A stretch of DNA of 64,000 bases, from NCBI GenBank assembly GCA_951804945.1, contig OX638149.1:89218001-89282000 (forward strand), given 5' to 3'. The translations under genes were made by a program, and so were the position numbers. The stretch comes from Podarcis cretensis. Taxonomy: Eukaryota. The notes under the pieces were generated by a model, which did not search any database, was not told the DNA's origin, and saw nothing but the letters and a program-made list of their open reading frames with translations. Of this stretch, positions 50,794-64,000 are shown piece by piece; position 1 is the first letter of the stretch; the number at the start of each line of letters is the position of its first letter.

Positions 50794-52832
50794 GTAAGTC
50801 TTGTTTTTCAACTTCAGGTTTAGTGTTAGACCATTACAAAGGACAGAGGCCCTTCTGATAGTGGCTAGATTCTCCAAAGCTTACAGACATGTATGAATGG
50901 TTCTTTGGCCTAATTTATCTTGGATCAAAGTGGTTCACATAACTGAGAGGAGTGATCAGATGGAGAGTTGGTCTGAACTTCCATATTGGTCCTAACATTG
51001 AGGTCCAAAAGGCTTTAAAGCAAAAGTCATCAGACCAAGAGAGATGTAATAGGCCAAATCTGTTTCCAGAAAATGTTTTTATTTTAGGCAAAGGGGCCAA
51101 CTTGGCTTTTATGTTATGCAAGTGTTGAGTTTCCCCATCGTTCCCATGAAGTGTCACGACTCCAGTTTCCACATGTCATTATAGACATGCCCGCTACATT
51201 TCTGAATAAACAGCAAAGCCCATTCTTAGCCACAAAAATAGCACAGATAATACAAACCAGCCCACATGGCCCTTGATTCCCAAAGGAGGGGTGTGCCACT
51301 GCCATACCAAGTCATCTTTGACTTCTCCAGACAACCATCAGGGAACGTAGCACAAGGTTCTTAAAGTCTCTGAGGAAATCTTGAGAGAAACCATCTTGGT
51401 TGAATTCTTTGTTGCGAAAGAAGTCTTGACGTTCTGTGGATTTTTTCAAGTGTTTACCTAAGGAAATGAAATACAAACTTCCACTTCATTTACACTGGGA
51501 AATTGTTACTTTAAAAATGAAACAGAGAACGTGTTTAAATAATATTTGAGAATGTCTGGTTGTATCCCCCCCCCCCCCAAAAAAAACCCCAGACCTGGTT
51601 GAAAAGTTATACGCAGCAGCAGGCTGCATACATCTGCACATGTCCATTTCCCACTCAGTTGGTGCATCCATCTGTTTCAGGGAGTGGGGAGTGACCCTTG
51701 ATTCAGACAGATTTGCTTTCAATCTGTTATCAGTGCTGTCAAAACCATGCTTAGCATTGCATGAATGGCTCCATCAACTGGTACCACAGAAACAACCCTG
51801 ACTTCAGTTCCTCAGTTTAATGTTCCTCAGCATATGGCAGTCTGTAACCACAAGCAGTGATGGCAGTCTATCCTACCAATGTCCAACTCACTTAGGGACT
51901 GTTGCCTGTGTCTAGCTTATCTAAACTCACACTGGAGAGTTCAGTACTTCATGTTGAGGTCACATTTCCCCTGATCCCAAAGGGGGTGGAGGGCAGGAGA
52001 CTGAACAAGAGTCTGAAAAAGACTCTTGCCATCCCAAACTCAATGCAAAAACTTTTTTTTTTTCTAACCTCCCAAGTTTTGCCATTTTGTTTAGCAAAAG
52101 AAAAAGGACTAAAAAATGCAGTAGAAAAATGCAATCAGAGTAATAATTTGTTCCAATAAACAATGGAGAGTTTTGTACTATAGATGTGATACTAGCCCAT
52201 ACATAATGAGAGATTTATTGAATACGATCCTTTTATTTCTACTAGGAGAGAAAAATCCTATTAAAAGCCAATCTGTGTGACCAATTTGAGCTACTTCCTC
52301 TCTCTGGTCGTGTTTTCCGTTCTCCTCCTGATACTGCCTCTAGCTGAGTAGCTTGGAGCGAGCTCCGGGGGCTTATGGGCCCCACTAATTTTAGGTACTG
52401 TCTGTAGCAAGGGGTGTTTTTATTAGAATCTCCAGCTGTCTGGATTTTTCTTTCTCTAATTAGAAATGACAGGAGGAGGATCACATTTTGTTCCAATTTG
52501 TTTCATCTAGTATTTATAACTTTCCGTTTGAAAGTTAAAATTGAAAACAAACAAACAAACAAACCCAAAACATCTTGTTCTTACTGAGATAATGGAGCTA
52601 CACCAATTGAAATCCACATCCTTTCTCCAAAGGCCACACCTCCCCACCTCCAATTCCATGTGATACATGTCTCAAGTTCCACTGGTAGAAGATTGAATAT
52701 TTATATAGCTTATCTGATAACACTAGTATGCAATCTCTGCTCCACAAATAGCTGTGGTTATTCATGTCTGCCCTAGCTTACACCTTTCTCTCTCTCCCTC
52801 GCCTCCCATTCTTTTCTTTGTCATCTCTGCAG

Positions 52833-52977
52833 ACTCTTTGGCTTTGTGGCCAGGAAACAAGGCAGTACAACAGACAACGTCTGCCACCTCTTTGCTGAGC
52901 TGGACCCCGACCAACCAGCTGCCGCCATTGTCAACTTTGTCTCCAGGGTCATGCTCGGCTCCTCTCAGAAGAGATGA
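52833..52977 (+). CDS. TNS1: Tensin-1 last coding exon, PTB C-terminus and stop
   Basis: Acceptor tcatctctgcag. Encodes [47 protein letters not shown], then TGA at 52975-52977. Confidence 0.98.
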
Positions 52978-55900
52978 ACCGATGCCTTCCCCCTGAAGGG
53001 GGCTTCTTGCCCTTGAATTTTGAAGAAGGACTTGGAGTTGTTCCGAGGAGGAGTGCGAGGAAGTGCGTTGCAAAAGAGGGAAGTGAACCAATTTTAGGGG
53101 GCGGGGGGAGAGAGGGAGAGTGGGGGAAGGTCTGAATTGCTGAAAAGCCCAAACCAAGCAAACGTACGTACATAGTAGAAACCAAGGAACCGACATCGTC
53201 GCCTTTCCCTGCCAAGTTCAAGAGGTGGAGACAATTTTGGCTTTTTGGATCAGCATGAAATCAGAGAATTCAGCCCCACAGGCCAAAGCACGGATCTTAT
53301 TTACCTTTGTGGGGTAGGACTATATAGTAGTTGCTTGTTTAGAAAATAAGGCAAACTTTTAAAAAATCATGAACACGTGAGCTGCAGGAATCACATTGAG
53401 AGACATGCCGAACAAGCAATCATTGGTACCCATTTCTGAAAGTAATTGCTCCCAACTCTTCAACTGCTGAATGTATGGAGTGTGTGTGCGTGTGCCTGTA
53501 GTGTGCACCTGTTACAATACATATCTGTGGAAATCTGCAGTGTTAAGATCATGACTTTGCTGAATGATGTGATGGTTATTCAGAACGGTTGACCCCTGCA
53601 TTCTCCTCCTCCTCCTCTAGGAACATTGGCCTCCATTACTCCAGCTGGAGAAGCCTCATGAGCAGTAGCGCCTGATCTACTACAGTGGCAGGAAGTCCAC
53701 ACCTCATACATGTGCACAGTGCATGTGCACACATAATTTGTATACCAGAGTTGCAGGGAGTATTCCCCTAGCTAAGTTTAAGGAGCATGCTAGCCACATC
53801 ATAATTATATCTTCTGGTTTCTATGCAATGAGACCCATGGTTGGTCATTTGAACAGGGAATCTGTCCCATGATCCCCTTGCCCCTAAAAAAAATTAAATA
53901 CCAGCAGTTTGGGAATGCCATTCCTTTCCTGTCCAGGCTTACCCCTTCTCGGTAGGCATGCACGTCATTTTGTATCTTGCATGGAAATTATTCAATTGCG
54001 TGAAGGCAAGATGAATGATCCAGTAATGGGAAGAGGGGGATCTTGTTTTGAAGCCACTAGGAATAATGATGTAAGGAGAGCCAACTTGGTGTGAGCTTTG
54101 GCTTAAGCACAGCCATAGTTGATTAATCTGTATCCATTTGAGCGCAACAATTAATATGTAGCAAAATTCATTATTTTGCCTCTTCAGGCTTTGTGTTTGC
54201 TTCTGGAGGCATCAGATCTTGCATCGACACACTACTTGACACTTGGCAGTGTTGTCCTCAACTGACATTTGTTGTGGAAAGGGAGGCAGTTTCTACCTTG
54301 CAAATCTTTTTTGTGCAGAGCCGCTACATATCGATTTTCACAGTGAATGAGGTAGTAATGTAGCAGCAGCCATGGAGGAACTATGTATTTTTCTGCCAAC
54401 ATCACAAATTAGTCTTTTTACTAGCATGACTTCTGCCACTCCTAATGGGGGGCCTGCAGAAGTGCTGCCTATTAACTAATGGCTCTGGGTATCTTTGTCA
54501 AGGAAAGGTTGACTTGTCAGGAGACGTCTGCTTTGTTGTGGAAGTATCCTTCTGTTGTGTAGGGTTCTCACATCATCTGCACTGGCAAATCCCAGACATG
54601 AACACTTGTGCTGAATGGACAAAGAGATGTTCCCATGTGTCAAATCCTATGGGTTTATTGTGAATTCTTCAACCTCTACTTAGACTAGAGTCAAGGCCCT
54701 GCTGAAAGCAAGTCACTTTTGGCTTGCTGTGTCAGCTGGTCCAACGGGGATTGGTTAAAGACTTATGAAGAGACTAGCATGCATGACAACAACTTGAATC
54801 AACAGATAAGGAGCATGTGGGAAGTAAGCCCTTCACACCCTCCTCTGTTGATAACACGCAACAGGACTCATAACACACAGTGTGGGTTGGGCTGGGCTGA
54901 GACCTCCCATTTAAAACAATGGATGAAAAGTCTGTTCCCCTAAAATGCCATCTGGGTTCCTGAATTAGTAGGGGAAGATCTTTAGGGACAGGCTGTGTGT
55001 TGATGAAGCACTTCAGCATGAAGCCATGCAACATTCACTAAAAAGTCAAAATACAAACTCCAAGTCATGCAGTCACCTAAATTCCCCTAGAGAGTGTGGC
55101 TCTCTCATTGCCTTGATATAATATATATATGTATGTATGTATGTATGTATGAAATATACTGACGAAATAATGTAAGCTAATCAAAAAAATTTAAAGTGAA
55201 ATTTACACAAAAAGTATTTATTTTTGCCATATTGCTTTTATCTATCTTTTACCTCCTCTGATATTTTCATCTTCCTACATTCCCCCCTCCTCCCTGTCCA
55301 TGTTATAGACTCTTGTATGTATAACTTAGTACAAAGTGCTTATTTGGTTAGTATTATTGACATGGGCAAGATTTCAAAAGATGTCCATCCCTCTCCACCC
55401 CAGCCCCATAAGAGCAATGTATTTTGATATCATGCCACAGGGCGGTGCAACAATACAGCCTTTCTCATCCCCACCTCCTCATTTTTAGAAATGAGCAAGT
55501 GAGCATGTATAAATTTTGTACTTCGTTGCTGAGTGACGCAAAGGTTAGAGGTGTGCGTATGTGTGAAAGTGTGTGAAGAGAGACTTATTTCTGGATACTG
55601 TATAAAGCATGAGTTTTGCATCCAAGGACTGTTGTTGAGATGGTTCCTTGGATGGAGTGGGAGCATCAGTTATTGGTGTCATCGTCCAGGCTCTGCCCCA
55701 CCTGCATCCAGATGGGATGCCAGAGACTGCGATAGCTTATTCTCTTCTAGGTTACAAATATTTCCTCCTTCTGCAAAATTCAAGCAAGATGATTCCCCCT
55801 CCCTCACCTGCAACTGTCTCACCCTGCCATTAACCAATTAGAGAAACACTGTGTCTATAGATATATATATAAATATTATAAATATATATATTTTTTGAAA

Positions 55901-57410
55901 GTCTCTATTTTTCAGACTTCATTTTTTCACTGCTTTCAAAAAATTAAAATTTGCAATCTCACCCTTCCCCTTCATCATTTGTTGTCGTGCCACAGAGAGC
56001 GGTATTGAAACTTTATGGTTCATTATTGTTTTGCCATTCAAAGGAAGTGACCTTGATATAAGGCTTCTGTGGTCACATATATATCATCATGGCGAGCACA
56101 CGCATGTCAGAATACCTGCTTCCAGCCATGACCTGCTCACTGCTCCTTTACTAACTCACTAGCTGAAGATGGAAAGTTTAAAGATCCCTATGTGTTTGGG
56201 CCATACTTGTTGACTATGGCTTTATTTTAAAAGGCAGGGCTAATCACATTATGTAACTTGTTGCTTTTCCAGCTTGCATTCAAGACAAAAGCTGCATTTT
56301 AGGAGTAACTGTTGTATTTATCAACCACAGTTTTTCCATAGATCAGGTCCCCAGCTCCTCCAGGGTGGCTCTCAATCCGGAGCTAACCAAGTGCTTGTGA
56401 AAAAGAGCACAAAGAGGCACAAGAAGTTGCTAGAAGAAATGAGAGTTCCCCCAGACCCAATAATTTCTGTGTATATCTTGATTGGGTTAGTGGAGTATGA
56501 TTTTTATCTGCCCTTCCTTCCTTTCCCTCAATTTGCAGTGTGCCTCTTCATTTGTGCTAAGAACCATAGAGCAGGGATCAAAAGGAGACCAATCTCGATG
56601 GAAACCTCTGGTCCATTTTTATGGACTGCCAGTGCCAACCCAGGAAGGAACATCCTGGCATATGTGAGGAGGAGAAGGCAACCAATTTTCGAAACACTGT
56701 CACAACTTCAGAGGCAACAGATTGTCTCCTTCTCTGCCTTGTGGGGCTATTTGCGTCTGCCATGTTCTTTATCCATTGATCTCCCCGCACCCAGCCAATT
56801 GCCCAGGATGTAAGTGAGCTGCTCACTAGGTGAGTCATCCTTGGGTTGGTTGTTGGTGTTAATTTGCCTCAGCCACAGTTTCTTCATAGGCTTAAGGAGG
56901 CTGTTTGTGGCACTGGAGAGAGCGAGTCCCTGTTCTAAACTGGTTTAGTTGCTTTCTGCCAAACTCCAAGTGCTGGAGGAGCTGCTGCAATCCCCGAAAA
57001 AAACTTGTGCCATTTATTGAATGTCTTTTAAAGAGCACAAGAGAAGATAATTCCATCTGAAACTCACCAACTCATTTCCAATGCCTGGGACTGATGTCTA
57101 ATGTATCCCCCCCCCAGTGTATGCAATGTAGTAATAACTCTACCCTTTCAATAGAAGGTGTTATATTTTATACACATGCACACAAACACCCTCCTCCGTA
57201 CAAAAAGAACTGCATAATCTTGCCAAAGATACCTGTCTGAAATGCACTTTCCTCTTCCTGTTGGCTGTACATTTCTTGAATGTGCCTCTTTTCCACTCTT
57301 TAGTTTTTCTTTCTTTGTTTTAAAATCATGTTTACTAGTGACTTTTGTTCATTATGTTTTTCTCTAGCAAATTTGTGAAAATTAAATCACCCTTCCACCA
57401 GCTGGGTGGT
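52978..57410 (+). other. TNS1: Probable TNS1 3' UTR (~4.4 kb)
   Basis: Follows the stop codon; no recognisable SINE/MITE copies, unlike the introns and the region beyond 58 kb; AU/U-rich blocks. The 3' end is inferred from the poly(A) signal only. Confidence 0.65.
57381..57386 (+). terminator. Candidate polyadenylation signal ATTAAA
   Basis: ATTAAA follows a U-rich stretch (57290-57365) and an upstream TGTA, at the end of the repeat-poor block. Alternatives are AATAAA near 58145 and 58494. Confidence 0.5.
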
Positions 57411-58539
57411 GATAACTAATTTGATATATAACTTGAGATTTGAGGAAGGTTACTGAGCAGTGAAACAGCCAAAGTAAGATGTAGAAGAGAACAGGAGCAA
57501 AGCCATTCATATACCCTCATGTCCAGTTCCTTAAATGTTATAAAAATCCCAAATTTATCCCTAAAGCTCCTGCAGTTGCTTGCTTTAAATACAACTTCAA
57601 ATAAGTAATCATTTTTAAATAAGTAATCCCTTCCCAATGCCTGTGAAAGAAATTTAAAGTAAACAGCATTAGAGACAGTACTGTCTCTTTTTGTCTCTAT
57701 GTAGCTGACATACAATGGACAAAGATGTTTAATATTTTGCAGCAACAAATATTATTTGACATCCAGCTCAATATAGCTGTGAGGATTAATGACCTAATAT
57801 ATCTCTGCATTATGGCAAACGGCTGCACTGCTACTCTACATGGGGCATTGTAGTTTTGCTAAATCTTTCTTGTAGTATAAGAAAGTCATAAGGCCAGAGT
57901 CATAAGGACCATACTAGACCAATACCCCAAAGAAACCAATGGCCTGTACTCAGTAATTGGAACTGGGTGTATTGGAGAAACATTTAAAGGCCACAGGCCC
58001 AATATATTACTATATTCTGGCAACCATCAATTTATTAATCTGTTTGTGGATAACTCAGAACACGTTATTCAAGTTGAGTCTGTTCTGATTAAGCCAAGAA
58101 GTTCAGTTAAAAATTAAAAGGGATAAAACCATCACTTTGTGAGGAATAAACTCCCAGGTTTATACATGGACATAATAGCTTCTGTCATACTAAGGCAATG
58201 AAGACTAACATCTCCTATTGCAGCCCCCTTATAAAGCTTCCACCCATTTTTAGAAGTTGTTCCATAATTTGTCATCATAGTGTTTGTACAGCATTTTCAT
58301 CAGCATTCTCACCCACATTAAAAACAAACAAACCCTTGTTCAACATGGCCCCTCATTCACCCAGTGCCCATTAATGGCAACCTGGCAGCATAGCCACAAA
58401 GCTCCTGTGGTTCTCCAAATAAATCATTAGCCAATGCCATCCAATATATACCTGAATTTGGGGCTAAAGAAAAGCAGCATGTATAGGGTTATTAATAAAA
58501 GCAACAGACTCCTAAAACAACACCGGAATATTGAGCCCC

Positions 58540-58945
58540 ACAAAAAGAAGACATTTTACTCCTAACCATGTTCCTTGGAAGTGCCCCATTACAATCATGT
58601 GGTCCTACAAGTGATGGGTTTAGGATTGGGATGCTGGTTTCTGTTGCAAGTAGGTACTTTTTCAAAAGAGCAGCATAAAATTACTCAACTCTGGAGCACA
58701 CCCATTGATCTCCAGTAGTCAGTTCCCATTTTTTTAAGTAGGTCTACAGGAGATGAGTGGCATAGCTCCAAAATCAGTTTCAGATTTAAAGCCAAATGGT
58801 CCAAATCTAACAGTGTTTACTAGGAAGTACATCCCATTCAAGTCAGTGACATCTACTCTCAAGTTAAGAGGGCAGTTCTATGCAGAAGTCAATTCCACTG
58901 AAGACAATAGAGCTTATAGACAATGGTTATAGGGTTGCAGCCGCT
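58540..58945. repeat. Cluster of short (~80-90 bp) decayed palindromic MITE-like repeats
   Basis: Recurrent pattern tccta...ggaagt..cccatt(g/c)a...taggattg/tagggttgcagcc; similar units near 25690-25750 and 32050-32140. Confidence 0.5.
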
Positions 58946-60002
58946 AAAAGCAGGGAGATCCAGACTTTAAAATTGCAGTTCAGACTATTTGCTGTTTTAT
59001 GACTACCATGGTTAATGTTGTTACAGCACCCTTTATCAGTATTAATGACCTTTTAAAGCAACTTTTTGTTTCTTCTTGCATCCCCTCCCATTTTTAAAGT
59101 ACACACCAAACATGCAAATGCCTACACAAAGAGGAGTAATTGGGAAGGGAAACAAGCCACATGCCAGAATTAACTCCCTTTTAATGTATTTATACAGACA
59201 GAATTATCCTTTATATTTTGTATCTTTGTGCCCATACCTTTTGTCAGTTCTCTAAGAGACGCCTCTGCATCACCCATGGTTCACGTGTGAATGGACCATG
59301 CACAACTAAGCTTTCCTTTCCCTTTGTACAGCTATCTTGACTCATTGCAGTTCCTTGTATGGCTTTATAAATGATAAGATTTTAAACAAAATCAATTATA
59401 TGAAATATACTGTTGCTTGAAAATGCCCAGCTTGGTGTCTGGATTGCTGGAATTGTATCTCAAAACTTTAAGGGAGCAAAGGAATAAAGACTCTCTACTT
59501 TTTGCACAGGGAAATCATGATGGTGGCTGTATTCACTCCTGCTCCCTTGCACTCTCACACCGAAGAGTTTGCACGCTGCAAAAGAATAATAGAAAAGGGT
59601 CCCTAGAGTTGCTCCTGAATTTCACCCAAAGAGAAATTTGAGGTGAATGTAGCTATTCTTGCTTGTCCCTTTTGCCAAAAAAACCCATGGAGAATTTTGA
59701 AGAAAAACTGAAATGACTGCACAACGACCAGTAGCAGTTTCCACTCATTATCACCTAAGCATATGTTTATGTAAATGTGGACCTCTTCTACAGCAGCCCA
59801 GCCTCTGCAACAAAAAGTTGGGCCAGAGAGCAGGAAGGGCTTTCTAGTGGAGCACCTTGCATGTACTTGTTTGGGAAGACACAAGGGTCACTGTGTCCAC
59901 AGAATCCTTTTCTTCGCCCTGCAGTGGTTTTTCTAGAATTCCCAATGCATGCAAATGCATAAAGAAGGTTGCACCACATTAGGCATTGAGTATGATACAG
60001 AC

Positions 60003-60367
60003 GGGACGCAGGTGGCGCTGTGGGTTAAAGCCTCAGCGCCTAGGGCTTGCTGATCGAAAGGTCGGCGGTTCGAATCCCTGCGGCGGGGTGCGCTCCCGCT
60101 GCTCGGTCCCAGCGCCTGCCAACCTAGCAGTTCGAAAGCACCTCCGGGTGCAAGTAGATAAATAGGGACCGCTTACCAGCGGGAAGGTAAACGGCGTTTC
60201 CGTGTGCGGCTCTGGCTCTGGCCAGAGCAGCGATGTCACGCTGGCCACGTGACCCGGAAGTGTCTCTGGACAGCGCTGGCCCCTGGCCTCTTAAGTGAGA
60301 TGGGCGCACAACCCCAGAGTCTGTCAAGACTGGCCCGTACGGGCAGGGGTACCTTTACCTTTACCTT
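60003..60367 (+). mobile_element. Sauria SINE, full length, CpG-rich young subfamily
   Basis: Intact A/B boxes (tggcgctgtgg, ggttcgaatcc), (ACCTTT)3 tail, 11-bp TSD TATGATACAGA at 59991-60001 and 60368-60378. Confidence 0.93.
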
Positions 60368-60409
60368 TATGATACAGAAATGGGGGAATCTATCTATCTA
60401 TATGATTAT

Positions 60410-60763
60410 AAAGGTAAAGGACCCCTGACAGTTAAGTCTAGTTGCAGACGACTCTGGGGTTGTGGCGCTCATCTTGCATTACAGGCCGAGGGAGCAAACG
60501 TTTGTCCGCAGACAGTTTTTCTGGGTCATGTGGCCAGCATGACTAAGCCGCTTCTGGTGAAACCAGAGCAGCGTACGGAAGCGCCGTTTACCTTCCCACC
60601 GGAGCGGTACCTATTTATCTACTTGCACTTTTTTTGGCATGCTTTCAAACTGCTAGGACTGAGCAATGAGCGCTCACCCCGTTGCATGGATTCGAACTGC
60701 CGACCTTCTGATTGGCAAGCCCAAGAAGCTCAGTGGTTTAGACCACAGCACCACCCACATGCC
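60410..60763 (-). mobile_element. Sauria SINE, near full length, older, small internal deletion
   Basis: Begins aaggtaaaggacccct (tail, reverse complement), contains gcggtacctatttatctacttgcac, ends ggtttagaccacagcaccaccc (head, reverse complement). Confidence 0.9.
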
Positions 60764-63327
60764 TGGCATCTATCTGGTTATCATAGGCTAATAACTGGCA
60801 GTCTTTTACTGTAATCACCTTCCTGCTGCTACTGGTTAAGTTGCTGTTATGTCACAGAACAGTCACATACATTATAAATACTGTTGAGAGGACGCTTTCT
60901 CAATATTTGAAAAAGCAGTGCCATTGCTGTGAAAGGAATGTAAAGTTGCCAGAGTAAAGCTGCACAAAGACCCTTACAAAAAGGGGGTGGAGTGGTCTTG
61001 GTGAGAAGCAATAGTGGAAATCCAAGTAGGAAAATCCCTAGGAAGTAGCAGAGAAAAGAACAAGGGGTCTAAGAGGAAAGTTAGATGAAGGAAAGGGTGA
61101 AGAGATGAGGAAGAAATAGGAGCTGGGGACAAGATGGAATGAGAGGGGGAGCTGATAAAAATCTGTATAGGAACATAGAATCTGCTTTATTTTTCCTGTT
61201 TTGTCACACTGGAAAGTAACACTGGGGCAGAAAGTGGGGAAGTCACTCTCACTTGTGCCATGCTAGATATATTACATCAAATGAACTCTTTGCCACGGGT
61301 TGAGTGGGTGGGATTCTTATGCTCTGTTCTTTAGAAAATGGGATCTTTCTTTTTAAAACAATATCTGAGTGCCTCCAGGGTGTCCGTATTTTGCAAGAGG
61401 GGTTCAGGTACATGCAAGGACTTTAGTTTTGCACAATTGAAGTGGATTAAAGCACAACAAATCGACTTTTGAAAAATAAAAAATGGACCTTTTCAATTTG
61501 GGAAGTGATGGGGAAATGCATTGATATGTGTGGGCTGAACAACTAACTAAGGAAAGACATACAAACACCCTGCAAGCATCTGCCCCATGAACAAAAAAGA
61601 ATGAATGCACTGCAAAGACCAGATATTACCACCATTGTGCACACTTTGTGGAAGCAAATTGGAATGGCAAATAAAAAACTCATCTGAAGGAGCTTAATGT
61701 ACTGGGTAAGCACTTCTCCTTTCATGTCCACCATATCAATTCTCTTTCCATCTTTCTTTCTAACACAGACAAGGTGCTTTGGAACGTAGGTATTTTTGAG
61801 TGACATCTGCAACCAGATGACTGACAGACATACTTTTCAGTTGTTTGCTGTTATCAGTGACTTAATAATAAATTACTTAGTATGTGAAGCACATAACGCA
61901 ATAAATGTTTACCATCAACAAACTCTTGCCAAGTACTCTTTGGAACAACACACAAAGCCCAAGATCTTCAGTCATGTTAAACCATGATATTCAGCAAGAT
62001 TACAAATTGTAATTTCTGTTCAGCCTGGGAAAAGGCAAAATTACAGGCAACAGGAAACATGGGACTGTGCCAATAATGGCAAACAATCTGTGAGGCTCTT
62101 CCCCTCTACAGCATGTTCTTCAGCTTATCCTATATTCTGCCATCCTCCTCCTGCTACACAATCCCTGACATCGTCAACAACCAACAAAGTGAAGCATGGG
62201 AAATATACAGCACAATAATATCACATACTTGTCAATTGTCCCACTTTGAGCGAGACATGCCAGAATTACAGAAGCCACTCTGGCTTCTGATTGGATCCTG
62301 GGATCTCCTGTTTTGACTCCCATAAGAGCACAGCCTAAAAAGATGCTCTATTGGGGGTGGGGCATGCTCTTGTATGAGTCACCTGACTCTGAGAGCATGG
62401 CCCTGAAAGACGTGCATCCTGATTTTCCTCTGCGGGATGTTGGAGGGTATGATATCAGAGTGTAGGGTAAGGTGAATCACAAGCTATGGAGCACTGGGGC
62501 ACAGTGGAGAGAAATGCAGGATATTCTGTTTCCCAATTGCAGACAGTTGTGTATGTCATGCCTAAGGGTTATTTTCTAATGTGACCATTTCCATAAATCA
62601 GATGGAGAACCTGAGCCCTCTGGATGTTACAGAACTACAGCTCCCATCAGCCCTAACAATTGGCCATGATGGCTTGGACCCATGGGAGCTGGAGTCCAAT
62701 GACATCCAGAGGGCCTCAGGTTCCCCACTTCTGCCATATATTTGTTCATATTCTGAGACTAATCAAATCAAAGTTCCTGGCTGTCTTTTCTTCCTAGGAA
62801 AGAAAGTGGGTCCTAAAACAAGTAACATTAATTTTTATATCAAATGCCAACCAGACACTTTAGGCACCACTCCTAGGTGCCAGCTCTTCCGAGATCAAGT
62901 TTTACAGCTTCTCTTCAGACCTTTAAATGCTCTGTTAATGATCCCTCTCGCAGTTCATGCATTTGTTACAATAACTTGAGAATAAAAAGATATATTTTAG
63001 GGAAATCTTGTTTGTAAGCAACAGAGATCCTCTATCAACACTGTATGGATTCTTTGGATTGTATGGATTCCCAGGATTCTTTTTCTTTTTTCTTTTGGAG
63101 TGGGGAGGATGTCCTTTAAAATGTACTTTAAATGCGTATTGTGTATGCAGCCTCAGAATACCCAAACAAAATGTGTGTCTGTTCTTTTTCTGGGTGAGTT
63201 ACAAGTGCAATGAAGTGACACAGAAAGAACAAAACAAACACCTTCAACTCCAGGCCTCTATTCTTTTTCAAGGGTTTAACTTTCTTGCTTTCTCTGTAAT
63301 CTTCACAATTGCCCTTTAAGGAATTTG

Positions 63328-63488
63328 CTGCCAAGGAGTGTGGTGGAGTCTCCTTCTTTGGAGGTCTTTAAGCAGAGGCTTGACAACCATAGGTCAGGAG
63401 TGCTCTGATGGTGTTTCCTGCTTGGCAGGGGGTTGGACTCGATGGCCCTTGTGGTCTCTTCCAACTCTATGATTCTATGATTCTATGA
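63328..63488 (+). mobile_element. CR1 LINE 3' end, 5'-truncated
   Basis: ggagtctccttctttggaggtctttaagcagaggcttgac...gggggttggactcgatggcc...ccaactct followed by the (ATTCTATG)n octamer tail diagnostic of CR1. Confidence 0.88.
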
Positions 63489-63747
63489 AGATCAATATGA
63501 TCATGGCCTCTGTATCAGAGATCACTGGCTTACCACAAACTCATGGCTGTATAGGTGAGGCAAAATTTCAGCCATGATTTTACTGGCTCAGAGCTTTCAT
63601 GTACAACCACTTCACAATCTCAACATGTCAGAGAATTAGCCAGTGGACCACAGCAAGCTAGGAAGTCTGATTTCCCTCAAATATCTCTGACATTAAGCAT
63701 TAACATGGACATGGGTGGGCCCATATGTCCAGTGTGATTTGACTGCC

Positions 63748-63751
<4 letters not shown>

Positions 63752-63796
<45 letters not shown>
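63752..63796 (+). repeat. (AG)n microsatellite
   Basis: Directly visible. Confidence 0.95.
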
Positions 63797-63800
<4 letters not shown>

Positions 63801-64000
63801 ATATCATAAATCTAAGGAGATGTCTCTTTGCTAAACCAGTAAAAAAATGCAATGTTTTTGCTAGGGAGCAAATGCCTTATTTCCTTTTCAACATTCCTCC
63901 CGGGCTTCTGGTTTATATTGCTGCCCAACAGCTTGTTTTGCATAGAAATTGCAGGCATTTGTACTTTGCATTTTGACTGCTCTGGGTCATTCATGCCATA

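Noticed and set aside
52975-53016. Stop-codon readthrough extension
   Set aside because: Context is TGA-ACC, not TGA-CTAG, and another in-frame TGA follows after 12 codons.
56274-56813. 179-aa ORF in the 3' UTR
   Set aside because: Non-ATG start, no recognisable domain, UTR-like composition; consistent with chance.
1-64000. CRISPR array, operon, prophage or other novel multi-gene system
   Set aside because: This is spliced vertebrate gene sequence; there is no regularly spaced repeat-spacer array and no long unexplained ORF, and no intact transposase or reverse transcriptase is visible.

Overview
This is vertebrate genomic DNA. The repeat content (Sauria SINEs, a tRNA-Lys/CR1-tail SINE, hAT and Tc1/mariner MITEs) points to a squamate, probably a lacertid lizard. 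The window holds the 3' two-thirds of tensin-1 (TNS1) on the + strand. I traced 17 coding exons by hand from 4559 to the TGA at 52975-52977. All have GT-AG sites and mutually consistent phases (4244 nt = 2 + 1414 codons including the stop). They encode the disordered mid-region, the SH2 domain and the PTB domain. The N-terminal PTEN-like/C2 exons lie upstream of the window. A ~4.4 kb repeat-poor 3' UTR probably ends near ATTAAA at 57381, followed by intergenic sequence. Almost all short ORFs in the supplied track are noise. I see no evidence of a novel multi-gene system. The best leads are: (1) a candidate internal promoter and first exon at ~16.0-16.6 kb that would splice in frame to give an SH2-PTB isoform lacking the N-terminal half; (2) a set of frame-preserving alternative exons and donors with RBFOX and G-run signatures; (3) a U12-like intron signature; (4) a collapsed palindromic Penelope-type remnant; and (5) a tail-to-tail inverted Sauria SINE pair. 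Family names and comparisons to human or chicken TNS1 come from recall, not from a search.
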